Assembly (NCBI GenBank): GCA_041576165.1
Contig: JBFGLM010000021.1
Location: 14,908 to 78,907 of the forward strand
Length of the DNA: 64,000 nucleotides
Direction: 5' to 3'
Source of the DNA: Acidimicrobiia bacterium
GTDB lineage: Bacteria; Actinomycetota; Acidimicrobiia; Spongiisociales; Spongiisociaceae
Part shown: positions 59,632 through 64,000 of the stretch, piece by piece
Numbering within the stretch: position 1 is the first letter of the stretch
Layout of the letters: each line of letters begins with the position of its first letter
Notes under the pieces: generated by a model
Told to the model about the DNA's origin: nothing
What the model saw: only the letters and a program-made list of their open reading frames with translations
The model's database searches: none
Program-made: the position numbers and the translations under genes

Positions 59632-61422
59632 TCAGAAACCGGTTGCGGCTCCAACTGTCTGTGCCTCCAGGCGTTCCAGCGCCAGCTCGAGGAGACCCCG
59701 GAGGTGAGCAAGCTCGCCGCTGGCCCAGGTGTCGACGGCCATCAGCGGGGTGGCCAGCTCGGCCCGGTAGGCCGACAGCTGGTTCTGCCAGTCCCGTCCC
59801 AAGGTGCCGGCTGCGGCCACGTCACCGTCCCGTAGTGCCGTCAGGTACTCCACCTGCCAGAGGCGGAACGATTCCAGCAGCTCTTCGGATTGCTCCGTAT
59901 ACGTGGCGAAGAAGGGATCACCTGGTAGTTGCGCCAGGACCTGTTCGGTGGTTGCTTCGACGACGCTGAGTTGAGCGCCGAGGTCACCCAGGTCGCTTTC
60001 TCTGGCGGCGACCGGAAGTTCGGGCATGACAAAGGCCGTCTCGATCGCCACACGGTAGGTCAGGGCGTCGCCTAGCCGTCGTTCGACCGTCAGCGCCCGC
60101 TCCGATCCCTGCTGTAGCAGCTCCTGCGGGCTCGTCAGCCGGTCGATCGGGGCGCTCGCGCCCAGCAAAGATGGCTCGGGCAATGGCTCGGCGGCTACCT
60201 CGGCCATCGTCCGCGCCAGCGTACCGACGCTCAGGAGATCCCCGGTGAGGCGGCTGAGTTCATCGGTGGTCGTGGCCGGGTTGGTGATGGTCCGCGCGGT
60301 GGCGTCGAAACCAGTGAGGCCGGCATTGAGCCGCTCGACCGCGCTGACGTATTGGACCGCACGGTTCTCGGCGATCTCCACCGGCCGCTGCCCGATTGCC
60401 CGCATCGCGAAGAGCACCACGAATAGCGTCACCAGCGCACCCGCGACCACCGACCAGCGGAAAGTCCGGTTGGAGCGAAACATGCGGGGGATGTCGAGGG
60501 GCGACAATTGTGCGGCCGGTGCCAGCACCGGGTGTTCCTCGGTGGCGTCCCACAAGCGCCGAACCAGCTCGTTGGTGGGCGCGGCTTCGGCGGTGACGAC
60601 ATCGGCAAGAGTGGGGAACTCACCCAGGTCTCCGAGGTCGGCCTCCTCTCCAGCCGGCGCGGCCGCCGCCTCGGCATCGGCAATGATGGCGTCCTCGGTG
60701 TCGATCCCGAAGCCCAGGATGTCGGCGAAAGAAAAACGCCGAGTCGGTTTGGGCGCTGGAGTGTCGGTCTGGTGGTGCCGGCCGGTGGGGTCCCAGATCG
60801 GCAACCTCTCCGGCACTTGCACAACTTGGTCGGCCGCAACGGGACCCGCCTCTTCCATGCCGGACTCGTCTGAGTCCACGGCGTGATCGACCTCTGGGTT
60901 CCAGATGGGCAGCAGTGACATTTCGTCGGCGACCGGAGAAGCCGTATCGACATCGAGCTGGGCGTCTGCGTCCGTGCCATCCGGGGCTGACACAGTCGGG
61001 TCGGCTTCGACGGCCGCCGGGTGGGGTTCGACGAGGTCAACCTGAGCCGGTCCGGTGGCGGGAGCGAGGATCAGCCCGTCCACCTCGTCGAGGTCGAAGA
61101 GGCGTGGACCTTCTGTGTTGTCGGTCAGATCCAACTCGATGGCTGGCTCGTGCCGGTCCACCCGGGTGGCCGCAGCTGCGTAGCTGTCCCGGTCGGGATG
61201 GGCTGGAGGACGGGATGGCGAGGGCCGAATGGTCCACGCCGGGACGAAGCGGGCCAGCAGCGACGCATATTCGCCTTGGTGGGCGGGACGGTGGCGGCGT
61301 GTGGTTGAGCGGTGTTTACCGGCCCGGGGGAGTTCACGTTCGTCCCGATTGATCAGCACGAGGGCGTCCCCGGGGCGACGGGTCGCTGCGACGGACGCGC
61401 CGGGGCGCATTTCGGACGACAA
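59632..61422 (-). CDS. hypothetical membrane protein: acidic low-complexity N-terminus, one TM, helical C-terminus
   Basis: Long ORF; [20 protein letters not shown]; start uncertain. Confidence 0.6.
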   Translation of the reverse strand: MSSEMRPGASVAATRRPGDALVLINRDERELPRAGKHRSTTRRHRPAHQGEYASLLARFVPAWTIRPSPSRPPAHPDRDSYAAAATRVDRHEPAIELDLTDNTEGPRLFDLDEVDGLILAPATGPAQVDLVEPHPAAVEADPTVSAPDGTDADAQLDVDTASPVADEMSLLPIWNPEVDHAVDSDESGMEEAGPVAADQVVQVPERLPIWDPTGRHHQTDTPAPKPTRRFSFADILGFGIDTEDAIIADAEAAAAPAGEEADLGDLGEFPTLADVVTAEAAPTNELVRRLWDATEEHPVLAPAAQLSPLDIPRMFRSNRTFRWSVVAGALVTLFVVLFAMRAIGQRPVEIAENRAVQYVSAVERLNAGLTGFDATARTITNPATTTDELSRLTGDLLSVGTLARTMAEVAAEPLPEPSLLGASAPIDRLTSPQELLQQGSERALTVERRLGDALTYRVAIETAFVMPELPVAARESDLGDLGAQLSVVEATTEQVLAQLPGDPFFATYTEQSEELLESFRLWQVEYLTALRDGDVAAAGTLGRDWQNQLSAYRAELATPLMAVDTWASGELAHLRGLLELALERLEAQTVGAATGF

Positions 61423-61517
61423 CTACAAAGACCGGGCATACGACGGCTTCGCACCATGAGGCGCTTCTCCCTGTACCGTCTCCGCCCGGTTCTGGGAACC
61501 CCGACTTGAATGTGTAC

Positions 61518-61946
61518 ATGCAGATTAGCGTTCACAAGCTGGACGAGGAACTACCCACGCCGAACCGGGCGCATCCGGGTGATGCGGGGCTGGACCTCTA
61601 CGCCCGTGAACCCGTCCGCCTCGAGCCGGGTGCCCGCGCCCTGGTTCCCACCGGGGTGGCGGTTGCGATTCCGCCCGGGCATGCAGGATTGTTGGTTCCC
61701 CGCAGCGGTCTGGCCGTGCGGCACGGCATCGGTGTCGTGAACGGTCCGGGTCTGATCGATGCGGGATACCGGGGTGAGATCAAGGTCGTGTTGATCAATC
61801 ACGGCGCCGATCGCCTCGACCTCGAGCGCGGCGATCGCATCGCCCAACTCGTCATCGTGCCCGTGGTCGTTGTCGAGCCCGAGATCGTGGATCGCCTGGA
61901 CGGGACGGCGCGGGGAGCCGGCGGCTTCGGCTCGACCGGCAGCTGA
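61518..61946 (+). CDS. dut: dUTP diphosphatase
   Basis: [36 protein letters not shown]. Confidence 0.96.
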   Translation: MQISVHKLDEELPTPNRAHPGDAGLDLYAREPVRLEPGARALVPTGVAVAIPPGHAGLLVPRSGLAVRHGIGVVNGPGLIDAGYRGEIKVVLINHGADRLDLERGDRIAQLVIVPVVVVEPEIVDRLDGTARGAGGFGSTGS

Positions 61947-62015
61947 GCCGGCCGGAGTCCTCCAGCCGGTCGCCCCGGTTGGCAGTGCCGTGTCAGGCGG
62001 TACAATGCCCCGAGC

Positions 62016-62091
62016 GCGGAAGTAGCTCAGCTGGTAGAGCGCAACCTTGCCAAGGTTGAGGTCGCGGGTTCGAGCCCCGTCTTCCGCTCCA
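62016..62091 (+). tRNA. tRNA-Gly (GCC)
   Basis: GCGGAAG..CTTCCGC acceptor stem, anticodon loop TTGCCAA, GGTTCGA T-loop, CCA; TACAAT upstream. Confidence 0.95.
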
Positions 62092-62202
62092 TCGGGTGGC
62101 TGCCCGGTTCCTCACCATGCCGCGAGCCTGGCGGGGGGAGTTGGACGCTGCCCGTCGTATGACTCTGGACCGACCGCCCGCAGGCTGTGGTCCGCGGTTC
62201 AG

Positions 62203-62277
62203 GGCGACGTGGCCGAGTGGTTTAGGCGCGGGTCTGCAAAACCCGTTACGGCGGTTCGATTCCGCCCGTCGCCTCCA
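62203..62277 (+). tRNA. tRNA-Cys (GCA)
   Basis: GGCGACG..CGTCGCC acceptor stem, loop CTGCAAA, GGTTCGA, TCCA end. Confidence 0.95.
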
Positions 62278-62335
62278 ACATCCTGTGATGTGGGCCAACC
62301 CGCCGATCGGAGGATGTACAATCATGCGACACAAC

Positions 62336-62407
62336 GGGCCCTTAGCTCAGGGGGAGAGCGCTTCCTTGACGCGGAAGAGGTCAGAGGTTCAAATCCTCTA
62401 GGGCCCA
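62336..62407 (+). tRNA. tRNA-Val (GAC), CCA not encoded
   Basis: GGGCCCT..AGGGCCC acceptor stem, CTTCC-TTGACGC-GGAAG, GGTTCAA; TACAAT at 62317. Confidence 0.93.
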
Positions 62408-62412
62408 CAGAC

Positions 62413-62548
62413 GGCAGCCTCGAGGGCTCGGCTGCTGGGAGAATCCTGCGGATTCTCGGCATGGAGCCGTTGGGGAGGGTGCGCTCGCGACTCGGACGGT
62501 CGGTGGCAGCCTCGGGGGCTCGGCTGCTGGGAGAATCCTGCGGATTCT
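62413..62548. repeat. two 44-bp palindromic direct repeats separated by 48 bp
   Basis: GGCAGCCTCG(A/G)GGGCTCGGCTGCTGGGAGAATCCTGCGGATTCT at 62413 and 62505, one mismatch. Confidence 0.9.
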
Positions 62549-62626
62549 GCGGATGCTTCACGTCGGGGGCGAGAGTCCTTCCGAGGGGTCGCTGTCTCTG
62601 CAACAGCGGCGGTCAGCCCGCCCGGC

Positions 62627-62857
62627 TCACTTCTCGTCCTTGAACGACTCTGTGTAGTTCTCGTGACCTTCGGCCACGATCTTGTGTTGCTGTTCGGTGC
62701 CCGCCCGGCCGAGTCCCATGCCTTGTGATCCACCGCGAACGTGGGTGGAGTCCCGCAGCGTGTTGGCTAAGGAATGGCCACCGTGACGGCTTACCCGGGC
62801 GCCTTTGTTCGAGCGGAACGCCCGCCAGAAGTTCCGGATTTGGCGACGTATCGACAT
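62627..62857 (-). CDS. small hypothetical protein
   Basis: 76-aa ORF in an otherwise empty region; weak support. Confidence 0.3.
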   Translation of the reverse strand: MSIRRQIRNFWRAFRSNKGARVSRHGGHSLANTLRDSTHVRGGSQGMGLGRAGTEQQHKIVAEGHENYTESFKDEK

Positions 62858-63016
62858 ACGACCAGCTTACCGCGCCGGGTGGCAAGCCGAGCGAGCAACC
62901 ATCGCCGGAACGCTGTACGCAAAGCAATGTAGGGGCGACATTGGTCCGGTGGCCGTGAACACGGCCACCGGTTTCAGGTAGTTGGCCCACCGGCACGGGG
63001 GCAATGCCGGGCGGGC

Positions 63017-63235
63017 TCAGGCGACGGCGACGATGCGTTCCATTTCGAGCTCAGCGAACCGAGTTGCAGCCTGCTCCATCCACACCGGAATCCTCGGTGC
63101 TGGTCTGATCGATGGCGGCGCTTCCTCGATCGAAACATGGTGACAAAGCGTGCAGGTCACTCGGACGATGCCGGCGCCGACGCTGTGCCGTTCTACCGGG
63201 TGGCTATCCAGATGTGAGCGAAGTGCGATCTTCAT
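63017..63235 (-). CDS. small hypothetical protein with CxxC
   Basis: GGAGCAGGAC before the ATG; RVTCTLCHHVSI motif. Confidence 0.5.
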   Translation of the reverse strand: MKIALRSHLDSHPVERHSVGAGIVRVTCTLCHHVSIEEAPPSIRPAPRIPVWMEQAATRFAELEMERIVAVA

Positions 63236-63389
63236 GTCCTGCTCCGTGTCCTATATAGAGAACATCGGCCCCGGCAGGAGCGTTCGGGATGGCCATCCTC
63301 AACACGCATAGCCTGACTAGTCCTTGCGGCCACGAAGAAAGGGCCGCCGGGCGTGCCGGCGACCCTCCAACGATGACCGCGTCGACCCG

Positions 63390-63608
63390 TCAGCCGCCGA
63401 GAAGGCCCTTGCCCATGTCGCCGATCTTGTCCATCAGACCGCCGTCGTCGTCGCCGTCGCTGCCGCCACCCATGAGGCCCTCCAGCTGGCTGGCGATCGG
63501 AGCGGGGAGCTTGTCCTTCACGAAATCCAGCACGGCGTCAATGGCGCCCTGCGCCTGCTCGAGGCTGAGTCCGGTCTTTTCCTGCACGGTCTTGAGAAGA
63601 TCGTCCAC
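63390..63608 (-). CDS. small conserved-type protein (DUF2267/DUF2780-like)
   Basis: VDDLLKTVQEKTGLSLEQAQGAIDAVLDFVKDKLPAPIASQ; GGGAG SD. Confidence 0.7.
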   Translation of the reverse strand: MDDLLKTVQEKTGLSLEQAQGAIDAVLDFVKDKLPAPIASQLEGLMGGGSDGDDDGGLMDKIGDMGKGLLGG

Positions 63609-63873
63609 GGCGTTCTCTCCCTTCCAGTTGTGAGTTGCGCGCTGCTGGCGAAACTCGCTCGTGTGCGACTTGGACGGTCTACACGCTGGCAGGTTCCCGA
63701 AAAATCTGCCACTCGACCGGAGCAAATCGGGCAAGCGTCAGGCTTTGTTGCCATCCAACAGCGCCGGCAGGCACGTATTTGATTATTGGAGCGTTTCTTG
63801 CAGAAGCAAAACAATGCTAAAAAGGGGTGTGTACCTGGGCGGGTACTCGACATAAAGAGGAGAGGTACGTTCC

Positions 63874-64000
63874 ATGGCAATGTCCGCAGAACACAAGGCT
63901 GCATTGGCGGAAGGTCGCCGTCAGGCGAAGGCGATCAAGGCATACCTGGAGGCGCTTGGTAGTCGGAAACCTGGTCGCCCGGTGACAGCCGACAGCCTCA
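63874..64000 (+). CDS. 5' part of a small basic protein, running off the window
   Basis: Not in the ORF track: MAMSAEHKAALAEGRRQAKAIKAYLEALGSRKPGRPVTADSL; strong AGGAG SD, AT-rich upstream region. Confidence 0.7.
   Translation, partial: MAMSAEHKAALAEGRRQAKAIKAYLEALGSRKPGRPVTADSL

Noticed and set aside
62413-62548. CRISPR array
   Set aside because: Only two 44-bp units and no cas genes in the window; kept as a plain repeat.
62336-64000. Prophage or ICE integrated at tRNA-Val
   Set aside because: No integrase and no duplicated tRNA 3' end in the window.

Overview
High-GC, gene-dense chromosomal window whose gene content, gene order and GAAC-N4-GTTC SOS boxes point to an actinobacterium, most likely Acidimicrobiia (inference). 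The backbone is the conserved actinobacterial run M16 peptidase-dapB-dapA-rnj-ftsK ... rimO-cinA-thpR-recA-rny-miaB-miaA-dapF-lexA/LysM-nrdR, followed by dut and tRNA-Gly/Cys/Val. About 30 kb of accessory genes separate ftsK from rimO. They comprise a 2-oxoacid dehydrogenase E1a/E1b/E2 operon, a complete nine-gene V/A-type ATPase operon in the order D-G-I-K-E-C-F-A-B, several secreted proteins (LVIVD, SLH-like, L,D-transpeptidase, PxKF, lyase-like/FG-GAP), and a membrane-anchored LuxR regulator with repeated operator-like boxes. They also include a RamB/ScfR-type regulator with aceA followed by an archaeal-GAPDH-like gene, a TIR gene with a frameshifted membrane/TIR-like partner, and a DddP-like M24 enzyme. 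The best candidates for undescribed biology are the aceA + GAPDH-like locus lacking malate synthase, the TIR/TM-TIR-like pair, and a structured 6S-like RNA upstream of rny. No CRISPR array, rRNA, integrase or transposase was recognised. All calls come from reading motifs by eye; no database search was run.
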